The position numbers and the translations under genes were made by a program. The notes beneath the pieces are model-generated. The model did no database searches, was not told the DNA's origin, and was given only the letters and a program-made list of their open reading frames with translations. From contig DATKYX010000043.1 of NCBI GenBank assembly GCA_035528255.1, positions 1 to 24,882 of the forward strand: a stretch of DNA of 24,882 nucleotides, read 5' to 3'. This document shows, piece by piece, positions 1 to 7,789 of the stretch; the stretch's first letter is position 1; every line of letters starts with the position of its first letter. The DNA is from Dehalococcoidales bacterium (GTDB lineage: Bacteria > Chloroflexota > Dehalococcoidia > Dehalococcoidales > BS750m-G39).

Positions 1-7
1 CATCAGC

Positions 8-484
8 ATGCTGGTCGGCAACGGCTTAGTAATATTCTCCATTATAATGCTGTGGCTGTCCCCGGATAAGCTGGCGCTACCCGTCTGGTCAACCTGGCTG
101 GGCTGGGGCCTGCTGCCAGTATCTATCTTTATGCTGATTTACTCCCTGTTCATCAACCTCCCCTTCGGCAAGACCTATGTCGCCACCGGCGTCGGGAACA
201 AACTGGTAACCAGCGGTCTCTATGCCCTCGTCCGCCACCCCTGGGTGCACTGGCTAGTCTTAGCCATGCTGGCTCTAATCCTGGTCTCAAGGTCGAGCCT
301 CATGCTCATCGCCGCCCCGATATGGGTACTGTTCGATATCGCGTTAGTGGCTATTCAGGACAGGTTCTTCTTCGGCAAAATGTTTGACGGCTACGACAAC
401 TACCGGCGCCGGACTCCGATGTTCATCCCCAACCGGCGGAGCATAAACGCCTTCATAAATTCATTAAAACAGAGCGGGAGCTAA
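8..484 (+). CDS. Isoprenylcysteine carboxyl methyltransferase / PEMT-like membrane methyltransferase (possibly 5'-truncated by the window edge)
   Basis: Hydrophobic helices, LVTSGLYALVRHP motif and C-terminal GY..Y...TPMFIP typical of the ICMT/PEMT family; frame is open upstream of the ATG (ATC AGC at 2-7). Confidence 0.8.
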   Translation: MLVGNGLVIFSIIMLWLSPDKLALPVWSTWLGWGLLPVSIFMLIYSLFINLPFGKTYVATGVGNKLVTSGLYALVRHPWVHWLVLAMLALILVSRSSLMLIAAPIWVLFDIALVAIQDRFFFGKMFDGYDNYRRRTPMFIPNRRSINAFINSLKQSGS

Positions 485-507
485 AAATCCCCAAAGGAGG
501 AAAAGAA

Positions 508-2148
508 ATGGCTAACGAGCCGGAACTATTCAAGCAAGGCAAATATGACGATCTCTGGCAGAGGTGCTGCGGGTTTATCGACCTGAGTCTAGAGGAATTC
601 ATGAGGATTCAGCGGCGACTACTCCTGGAGCAGATGGAGCTACTCAAAAAGTGCGAACTGGGCAGAGTAATCTTTGATGGCGCCACGCCCAGCACCCTGG
701 ATGAATTCCGGGAACAGGTGCCGCTGACCACCTACGCCGATTACGCCCCCTACCTGCTAAAGCGGAGGATGGACGTCCTGCCCAGGAAGCCAATCCTGTG
801 GCAATACACCTCGGGCAAGTCGGGGGAATACCCCTACATGTGGGCTCCGGTAACGGCCCGGCAACTCGAAGAGATACAGCCCCTCTTATTCGCCCTCTTA
901 TTCTTCGCCAGCGGCAACCAGAGAAAGGAGATCAGCTTAAGGGAACACGATAATATTTTCTACGGTATGGCGCCGCCCCCCTACGCCACCGGTTCGATGA
1001 CCCGTGCCTTCCCCCACGAACTGTTCAACTTCCTGCCGCCGATAGACGAGGCGGAAGAGATGTCGTTCGAGGACAGGATGAAGAAAGGCCTCGACATGGC
1101 GGTACTCGAGGGGATGGACCTGTGCTTCTCCCTCTCCAGCCTGGCGATAGCCATCGGCGAACGCTTCAGCCAGGGCAACGGCAAAACCAACATCAAACCC
1201 CTTCTCTCCAAGCCCAAGACCCTGTTCAGGCTGGCAAAAGGGATGATTAAGAGCAAGCTGGCCCGTCGTCCCATGCTGCCCAAAGACATATGGTCGCTTA
1301 AAGGGCTGATTACCTTCGGCATCGACGGCGAGGTATATAAGGAAAGGATAAAGGAAATGTGGGGCCGGTATCCCCTGGACTTCCACGGCTGCACCGAAGC
1401 CGTGATGATAGCCACCCAGACCTGGGACCACCAGGGCATGACCTTTATCCCCAACCTCAACTTCTTCGAATTTATCCCCGAAGAAGAATGCCTCAGGTCG
1501 ATGGAAGACCCCCTCTACCAGCCGCATCCCATCCTGCTCGATGAAGTCAAGCCCGGCAATTACGAGCTGGTCATTACCAACTTCCACGGAGGCCCCTTCA
1601 TCAGGTACAGGCTGGGCCACCTGATTAAAATACACTCGCTACGCAACGAAAAGCTCGATATAAACATCCCCCAGATGTCATTCATCTCCCGCGTGGATGA
1701 TATGATTGACATCGCCGGATTTACCCGCCTTTCCGAGAAAACCATCTGGCAGGCTATCCAGAACACCGGGGTAAGCTACACGGGCTGGACGGCGCGCAAG
1801 GAAATCAAGGAAAAGCCGATGCTGCACCTCTACCTGGAACTAAACAAAAACGGCCATCTCACCGGCAAGCAGGTAGCGGCGGCGGTGCACGAGCAACTCA
1901 AAAAGCTGAACACGCCCTACGCCGAAATGGAGGCGTTCATCAACCTGCAACCGCTCAAGGTCACTCTGGTGCCCGAAAACGCCTTCAGTAACTACGCAGA
2001 GGCGAGAAAGAAGGGTGGTGCCAAGGGCAGCCAGGTTCAGATGCCCCACATCAACCCCTCAGATAGCATGATAGACAACCTGCTTAGCGGCTCCCGCCCG
2101 AAGCCGGTCGGCGAGCCGAGCCCGCTGGAAGCTGTCCGCAGCAAGTAG
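508..2148 (+). CDS. GH3 auxin-responsive-promoter family protein (ANL acyl-adenylate/amido synthetase fold)
   Basis: GH3-like N-terminus (EFREQVPLTTYADYAPY), TSGKSG, HGCTE, IPNLNFFEFIP, YELVITN..GG..RYRLG; RBS AGGAGG at 495-500. Confidence 0.85.
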   Translation: MANEPELFKQGKYDDLWQRCCGFIDLSLEEFMRIQRRLLLEQMELLKKCELGRVIFDGATPSTLDEFREQVPLTTYADYAPYLLKRRMDVLPRKPILWQYTSGKSGEYPYMWAPVTARQLEEIQPLLFALLFFASGNQRKEISLREHDNIFYGMAPPPYATGSMTRAFPHELFNFLPPIDEAEEMSFEDRMKKGLDMAVLEGMDLCFSLSSLAIAIGERFSQGNGKTNIKPLLSKPKTLFRLAKGMIKSKLARRPMLPKDIWSLKGLITFGIDGEVYKERIKEMWGRYPLDFHGCTEAVMIATQTWDHQGMTFIPNLNFFEFIPEEECLRSMEDPLYQPHPILLDEVKPGNYELVITNFHGGPFIRYRLGHLIKIHSLRNEKLDINIPQMSFISRVDDMIDIAGFTRLSEKTIWQAIQNTGVSYTGWTARKEIKEKPMLHLYLELNKNGHLTGKQVAAAVHEQLKKLNTPYAEMEAFINLQPLKVTLVPENAFSNYAEARKKGGAKGSQVQMPHINPSDSMIDNLLSGSRPKPVGEPSPLEAVRSK

Positions 2149-2171
2149 AACGGTTATCACATTAGCTCGCT

Positions 2172-2212
2172 CCAGGTCCCCCTCCCCCCACGGAGGGGGA
2201 CCTGGCTTTTTT
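2172..2212 (+). terminator. Intrinsic terminator after the GH3 gene
   Basis: Perfect 14-bp stem CCAGGTCCCCCTCC (2172-2185)/GGAGGGGGACCTGG (2192-2205), 6-nt loop, then CTTTTTT. Confidence 0.9.
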
Positions 2213-2283
2213 AGCGAGGTTAGCCAGGTTTTCCCCAGCTATTACTTTATGTAAAATACAGAGGTGGGACTACTATATTCCTA

Positions 2284-2312
2284 TTGACAACAATTTAGCC
2301 ATAAGACATAAT
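2284..2312 (+). promoter_or_regulatory. Sigma70-type promoter for the GGDEF/HD-GYP gene
   Basis: TTGACA-N17-CATAAT. Confidence 0.7.
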
Positions 2313-2397
2313 GACTATAATTGACTATACTAATAGGCAGCAGCTATTCCTGCTGGGCTTATTAGCTGCTTAAAGTACTGGAGGGGATAGTTAACTA

Positions 2398-4920
2398 ATG
2401 AACGTATGGGCTATAATACCGCTCATCAGTTCTCTGACCTTTACCGCCTTGGTGGTGATGGTCCTGCAACAGGCCAAAAGACGGGTAGATAGAGTATTCG
2501 CTATATTCCTCTCCGTCTCCGCTATCTGGAGCTTCTCCTCCTTCATGCTCACCCGCACCGCCGACACCACCGTCCAGACCTCGGTCTCCCAACCACTAAT
2601 CTTCTGGAATGTAATGGTCATCGCGGCCATACCCGCGGTGGCGGTCTGCTACTACCACTTCGTCAGGGCTTACAACAACAAGCCGGGCGGTATAGGCTTA
2701 TATATCGGCTATGCTCTGGTTGGTATCGTCCTGGCGCTCGGTCTCAGCGGACACATAGTCAAGAGCGCCTACATGGTCGATGGCTTCCTCCATCACGACA
2801 TCGGGCCCTGGGCTTACATCCTGATGGCTATTCTCCTGCCCTTCCTCATTATCACCCTGTTTATGCTGGCCAAAAGGTACCGGAACTCAGCCGACCCCAC
2901 CGACCGTAATAGAACGATATACTTAATAGCCGGCTGGAGCATAAACGTGGTCATAGGCTATATAACCCCACTGACCCCGGCCCTGGCGGGCTTACCCGCC
3001 GACCATATCGGCAACCTGGCTAACGCCCTTATCATCGCCTACGCCATCCAGAGATACCAATTGCTCAACGTCAGGCTGGTGGCGCGGCGGGGGCTGACCT
3101 ACTTAATGGTAATAGCCTGCCTGGTCGTCGTTTACGGCGGCGGCGTATTACTGGGGCAAAGGCTTCTCCCCGACCAGCCGGTTTACCTTATTCTGCTCAT
3201 TGCCTCCGGTTTCGCCCTCCTGCTCATACTGCTGGCCGGCCCCTTGAGGCGCTTCTTTCAAGAGCTGATAGACCGCATCTTCTATCGGGGAACCTACAGA
3301 TACCGTCAGTCGCTACTCACCTTCAGCAAGAAGATGGGTAATATCATTAACATGGACGAGCTGGCTAGCGAAATGCTCCCCGCTGTAACCAAGGCTCTAA
3401 ATATCGAGCACGCCAAATTGCTCTTCGAAGACGTTAACAGCGGCGACTTCACCACCCAGTTCACCTACCCCGAAATAGAAGATGATTCAAACGACAAACT
3501 CAGGCTTAACGTCGACAGCCCGATAATCGCCCTCATGGAAAAAGAAGCCAGACCCATCGAACTGAGGCAGATGGATAACCACCCCGAACTTAAAGGGTTG
3601 TGGCAGACGGAGAGGGAAAAACTGGCCGACATGGAAATCCTGTGCCCGATTAAGACCGGGGGCAGGCTTATCGGTATCCTGGCCCTGGGCAAAAAACAGC
3701 TGGGCAAAATCTACTCCCACGAGGACATAGAGCTTGTGGTCAGTGTTGCCAGCCAGGCCAGCATCCTCATCGAAAACGCCCGCCTCTACGCCCAGGCAAC
3801 GATAAGGGCTAACACCGACGGGCTGACCGGCCTCTACAATCACCGCCACTTCCACGAACGCCTGGAACAGGAAATCGCCCGCGGTTCCCGCTTCGGCAGC
3901 ATGTTCTCCCTGATAATGCTGGATATAGACCTCTTCAAGGCTTACAACGATATCTACGGGCACCTGGCGGGGGATGAGGTGCTGCGCAGAATCGGCAGGT
4001 ATATTGAAGGCTCAATCCGAAACATAGACCTCTCCTTCCGCTACGGCGGCGAGGAATTCGCCATTATCCTGCCCGAAACGCGGCTGGACGCCGCGGCTAA
4101 GGTAGCCGAGCGTATGCGCAAAATGATAGAATCGAAAACAAGCTCCCGCACCATGCCCATAACAGTCAGCATCGGCATCGCCAGCTGGCCCACCGACGGC
4201 GTGATGAAAGAGGAAATAATTGCCCGCGCCGATTCCGCTCTCTATCGGGCGAAACAGGCGGGAAGAAACCGGACCTGCCTATCCTCAGACCTCGACAAGC
4301 CGGAATCGCCCAAAATCAGCGCCGAGCTCGAGGCAAGACCCAGGGCTCTAAGCATCATCTACGCGCTGGCGGCTACGGTTGATGCCAAAGACCACTACAC
4401 CTACGGCCACTCCCGGAAGGTCAGCGACTATTCGGTAGCCATAGCTGAGGCACTCGACTTGCCTCAGGATAGAATCGCCACTATTCGCGCCGCCAGCCTG
4501 CTCCACGATATCGGCAAGGTCGGCATACCCGATTCTATACTCAGCAAAGAAGGCCCCCTGACCGATGAAGAATGGGAGCCGGTAAAAATACACCCCAAGC
4601 TCGGCGTAGAAATACTCAGGCATATTATCGACCTGGTCAACTGCCTCCCCGCCATACTTCACCACCACGAGCACTACGATGGACGTGGCTACCCCTCCGG
4701 TCTAAAAGGGGATTCCATACCCTTGGAAGGCAGAATACTGGCCATAGCCGACGCCTACGACGCCATGACCTCCCCCCGCCCCTACCGTGAGCAGCTAGCA
4801 CCCCAGAGCGCGCTCGAAGAACTGCTGCGCTGTGCCGGAACCCAGTTCGACCCCGAGCTGGTAGAGCTCTTCTGCACGCTTATCGAATCGGCCACTTCGA
4901 GCCGCCTGGAAATAAAATAG
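2398..4920 (+). CDS. Membrane sensor (HisKA_7TM/PrsK-like N-terminus)-GAF-GGDEF diguanylate cyclase-HD-GYP phosphodiesterase
   Basis: About 9 hydrophobic segments; GAF (LCPIKTGGRLIGILALG...ENARLY); DGLTGLYN, DIDLFKAYND, RNID I-site + RYGGEEF; HDIGK, HHEHYDGRGYP, ADAYDAM. Confidence 0.92.
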   Translation: MNVWAIIPLISSLTFTALVVMVLQQAKRRVDRVFAIFLSVSAIWSFSSFMLTRTADTTVQTSVSQPLIFWNVMVIAAIPAVAVCYYHFVRAYNNKPGGIGLYIGYALVGIVLALGLSGHIVKSAYMVDGFLHHDIGPWAYILMAILLPFLIITLFMLAKRYRNSADPTDRNRTIYLIAGWSINVVIGYITPLTPALAGLPADHIGNLANALIIAYAIQRYQLLNVRLVARRGLTYLMVIACLVVVYGGGVLLGQRLLPDQPVYLILLIASGFALLLILLAGPLRRFFQELIDRIFYRGTYRYRQSLLTFSKKMGNIINMDELASEMLPAVTKALNIEHAKLLFEDVNSGDFTTQFTYPEIEDDSNDKLRLNVDSPIIALMEKEARPIELRQMDNHPELKGLWQTEREKLADMEILCPIKTGGRLIGILALGKKQLGKIYSHEDIELVVSVASQASILIENARLYAQATIRANTDGLTGLYNHRHFHERLEQEIARGSRFGSMFSLIMLDIDLFKAYNDIYGHLAGDEVLRRIGRYIEGSIRNIDLSFRYGGEEFAIILPETRLDAAAKVAERMRKMIESKTSSRTMPITVSIGIASWPTDGVMKEEIIARADSALYRAKQAGRNRTCLSSDLDKPESPKISAELEARPRALSIIYALAATVDAKDHYTYGHSRKVSDYSVAIAEALDLPQDRIATIRAASLLHDIGKVGIPDSILSKEGPLTDEEWEPVKIHPKLGVEILRHIIDLVNCLPAILHHHEHYDGRGYPSGLKGDSIPLEGRILAIADAYDAMTSPRPYREQLAPQSALEELLRCAGTQFDPELVELFCTLIESATSSRLEIK

Positions 4921-4951
4921 CCCCGCGGCTTCATTACCCTTCAAACGCTAT

Positions 4952-5644
4952 TTAGGATACCGCCTTATAGGGACAAGTTTTCCTCAGGCTGCAACGCCCG
5001 CAGACCTCGGCCTGTGTCCACCGGGTCATCTTGGGGCCGGTGCCGACAACCATAGAGGTCGACTTGCGGGGAATCAACACTCCGGAAGAGGACAAGCTCA
5101 CGCCTATTTCCTTGGCCGGCGCCAGCTCCAGCAGATTCCACTGCTCGGTCATGGGGAAACCGGGCATGCCCGGGTTAACCGGGCTGCTTATCTCATAGCC
5201 CCGCGAGGCAACCTCGGCGGCAATAAGCCTCAGGGCTTCGGGAATCAGCATATCCACGGCGGCGGTGCCGATACCGTCCAGCACCACCCCGCGCAGGGCT
5301 TTCCCGCCTTTACTATATTCGGTCACCCGCTCTTCCAGCCTGGGGCCGATGGTGGCGATGAGGACGATAAACTCCCTGGCCTCAGGAAAGGTCGCGGATA
5401 GCAAAGGCCCCTCTATCGCCTTATCCCCCTCCAGCGATATCCGGTCGGGGTGTATGGCGGCTATCGGGTAGCATTCATAAGCGACCGTCGGCTCCAGGAG
5501 GCCATCCTTCCCGACTTCAGCCAGCAGCTCGGTAATTACCTTCTTTATCTCCGTCCTTACCCTGGCTCTACCCCCCAACCCCTGGCGGCGCAGCACTTCA
5601 TCGCTGTAGTCCAGGTTCAGGGGAATATCGCGGATTACCGGCAT
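4952..5644 (-). CDS. Stand-alone vitamin B12-dependent methionine synthase activation (AdoMet reactivation) domain protein with C-terminal Cys cluster
   Basis: IATIGPRLEE, LDGIGTAAV, IGVSLSSSGVLIPRKSTSMVVG match the MetH activation-domain family; CGRCSLRKTC tail. Confidence 0.8.
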   Translation of the reverse strand: MPVIRDIPLNLDYSDEVLRRQGLGGRARVRTEIKKVITELLAEVGKDGLLEPTVAYECYPIAAIHPDRISLEGDKAIEGPLLSATFPEAREFIVLIATIGPRLEERVTEYSKGGKALRGVVLDGIGTAAVDMLIPEALRLIAAEVASRGYEISSPVNPGMPGFPMTEQWNLLELAPAKEIGVSLSSSGVLIPRKSTSMVVGTGPKMTRWTQAEVCGRCSLRKTCPYKAVS

Positions 5645-5685
5645 ATCCTTCTCCCTCGGAGGCCTTTAGCCACGGCGAAAGCCTC

Positions 5686-5725
5686 AAAAAAAGCGAACCC
5701 CGAGACAAAAGGCTTGCCCCGGGGT
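5686..5725 (-). terminator. Terminator-like hairpin between the UroD-fold gene and the activation-domain gene
   Basis: Minus strand ACCCCGGGGCAA-loop-TTGTCTCGGGGT (about 12 bp with G-U pairs), then TCGC and T7. Confidence 0.6.
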
Positions 5726-5748
5726 ACCACTCTTAATCACCTTAGCGT

Positions 5749-7107
5749 CTATTTATAGACTTTACTGCCGTATTCCTTGCCAAACTCGGCCATAGCCTTG
5801 ACGTTCTCCGCCTTGGCCTGGTCGAAGAAGGCGCCGTTGCTCAGGACGTAGCCGCCGCCCTTAGCGCAGGTATCGATGAGCTCCTTGACTTTGTCCTTCA
5901 CCTGCTGGACTGTACCCAAAGCCAATATATCGGATTGCACGTTGCCCATTATACAAGCCACGGAACCGATGGTTTTCTTGGCCTTAGCCATATCGCTATT
6001 GTCTATCATCCAGAAAGTCTTACCTTTGGGTAAGTCTCGGAAGGTCTCCAGACGCGTGGTCCAACTCCCCTCAGCCGCCGGGAAGGGCACGCAGCCCTCC
6101 TCGATTAAGCCCATCATGACCTTCCTGAAGGTAGGCCAGTAGAACTTCTGGAACTGCGCTTCGGAGAGGAAGCCGTCAGCGCCCTTATGCAGGGGCATAA
6201 AGACCAGAGGCTTGCCGTTCATCTGGGCGGCGCCGACCCCCATCTTAATCATCAGCGGGACCAACCTGTCCATGGCTTCGAGGAGCTTGTCGGGGCAGCG
6301 GTACATATCCATCATTATCCCCCTGGTGCCCCTGAGGGTATCGCCGAGCACGTCGAAGGGTGCCTTGGTATAGCCAGCGACGATGCCGGCGTAGCCCATA
6401 GAGATGGTCTCCATATTCCACTGCATGACAGGACCCAGCCACTTCATAACCTCGTTGCCCGCGTCCATAAGGGCCTTCAGGGAAGCCTGGACGGGCGGCA
6501 CGCCGAAGGGTATGAAGTTATAGCCCAGGCCGTACATTTCGAGGATGCCGGTGAAAGCCGGCAACGCCTGGAAGGGGCCCAGGGCGCCAAAGACGCGCGG
6601 AAAGTAGCTATGAAGAAAATAACCGGTGGGGTCCTGAATCAGGTCGTCGTATTCCTCGGGCTTCATGTATTCGCCTTCGTTAGCCTGGTACGACTGCTCC
6701 TTAGCCACCCCGTGGCCGGGCCAGGAATAGAGCTTGTAGTCCAGAGCTTCGAAGAACTTGCCCGGGCCGGGCATGTCCACGCCGAGGTGTCCGTCAGGCT
6801 CAAATTCGACGAGGAATTTCTTATAGGCCGCATAGAGCTTATCGTAGTCGTACATAGCGTCATGGGGGGTTATGCCGGCATTATAAACAGGGAAAAAGCT
6901 GGGAAGCACAAAGACCGGCACCCTGTCCGGCAATTTTTTCATCTGGATGGCGTCTTTTATCCTGGTTATTCGCTCTTTATACGCCTTTTCAGTCTGGGGG
7001 CTCTGGAACTTAAGGTCATTGCCCTCGGGGTCTTTCGGTGCCATCCACCGGGCAAACATTACATCTTGTTTTTCGTCCGATGTCATATCTATCCATTCTT
7101 TAGCCAT
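5749..7107 (-). CDS. Uroporphyrinogen decarboxylase (UroD/MtaA/CmuA/MtvB-like) fold protein, probable corrinoid-dependent methyltransferase
   Basis: DRVPV, APFDVLGDTLRG...DMYRCPDKLLEA, FMPLHKG..GF.S..QF.KFYWP, GGGYVLS; start reassigned to ATG 7107 (MAKEWID) because GGAGGT lies 7 nt upstream. Confidence 0.85.
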   Translation of the reverse strand: MAKEWIDMTSDEKQDVMFARWMAPKDPEGNDLKFQSPQTEKAYKERITRIKDAIQMKKLPDRVPVFVLPSFFPVYNAGITPHDAMYDYDKLYAAYKKFLVEFEPDGHLGVDMPGPGKFFEALDYKLYSWPGHGVAKEQSYQANEGEYMKPEEYDDLIQDPTGYFLHSYFPRVFGALGPFQALPAFTGILEMYGLGYNFIPFGVPPVQASLKALMDAGNEVMKWLGPVMQWNMETISMGYAGIVAGYTKAPFDVLGDTLRGTRGIMMDMYRCPDKLLEAMDRLVPLMIKMGVGAAQMNGKPLVFMPLHKGADGFLSEAQFQKFYWPTFRKVMMGLIEEGCVPFPAAEGSWTTRLETFRDLPKGKTFWMIDNSDMAKAKKTIGSVACIMGNVQSDILALGTVQQVKDKVKELIDTCAKGGGYVLSNGAFFDQAKAENVKAMAEFGKEYGSKVYK

Positions 7108-7159
7108 TTTTATTACCTCCTGTATCTTTTCTATCGAAAATCTTAGTTTACAGGGGTTA

Positions 7160-7789
7160 TCAACCGGCAATCCACTTCTGAGCCAGGGTTACGCCGGCCA
7201 TCGCGTCTTTACCGTAGGCGTCAGCGCCGGTATACTTCCTCACCTCTTCACTCATCTGGCCGCCGCCGATCATAATTTTGACCTTATCCCTCAGGCCGGC
7301 GCCGGCTATAGCTTCGATAGTCTGCTTCATGGAATCGAAAGCCAGGGTAAGAAAGCCGCTCAAGCCGACGACGGGAGCCCCGGTCTCCTTAATCTTATCA
7401 ACGAACTTCTGCACCGGCACATCAACGCCCAGGTCGTGCACCTCAAAGCCGCTAACATCGAGCATAAAAACGACGATATCCTTACCGATGTCGTGGATAT
7501 CGCCGGCAACGGTACCGAAAACGACCTTGCCCAGCTTCTTGGGGGCTGCCGCCTGAGTCAGCTTGGGCTTAACAATCTCGGATACCGCCTTCAAGATTTC
7601 ACCAGAATAAACCAGGTCGGGAACGAAATACTGGCTACTGGCGAAGCGCTTGCCCACGATTTCCATGCCCTTGCGGGCGTCCTCCAGAATCTTAAGGGCA
7701 TCATCCCCCTTCGCCAACCTATCCTTAACAACTTTAAGAGCCTCTTGTTCCTTCAAATCAGCTAACAGGTTAGCTAAATCTCCAGCCAT
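7160..7789 (-). CDS. Corrinoid (cobalamin-binding) methyl-carrier protein, MtaC/MtbC/MtvC-like
   Basis: Cap domain plus GDIHDIGK (DxHxxG), GLSGFLT, IMIGGG, GADAYGKDA; RBS AGGAGGT. Confidence 0.93.
   Translation of the reverse strand: MAGDLANLLADLKEQEALKVVKDRLAKGDDALKILEDARKGMEIVGKRFASSQYFVPDLVYSGEILKAVSEIVKPKLTQAAAPKKLGKVVFGTVAGDIHDIGKDIVVFMLDVSGFEVHDLGVDVPVQKFVDKIKETGAPVVGLSGFLTLAFDSMKQTIEAIAGAGLRDKVKIMIGGGQMSEEVRKYTGADAYGKDAMAGVTLAQKWIAG

Noticed and set aside
937-1635. 232-aa antisense ORF inside the GH3 gene
   Set aside because: Shadow frame of a GC-rich coding strand; no recognisable motifs or RBS.
2213-2397. c-di-GMP riboswitch upstream of the GGDEF/HD-GYP gene
   Set aside because: No GEMM-I GNRA/receptor pair or class II consensus recognised.
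5715-5740. T-box-like AGAGTGGTACC before a terminator (similar string at 24183-24195 on the minus strand)
   Set aside because: No room for Stem I or a specifier loop (about 20 nt after a stop codon); the second case is part of the repeat hairpin.
5749-5751. TAG stop of the methyltransferase-like gene as possible pyrrolysine readthrough
   Set aside because: It falls at the expected C-terminus of the fold and is followed by a terminator; this family is not a Pyl-containing MttB/MtbB/MtmB type.
7108-7170. N-terminal extension of the UroD-fold ORF in the ORF track
   Set aside because: Overlaps the corrinoid gene stop; the strong RBS points to ATG 7107.
6187-7765. Long plus-strand ORFs (319 aa, 272 aa) opposite the UroD-fold and corrinoid genes
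   Set aside because: Antisense shadows of well-supported genes with no family signatures.
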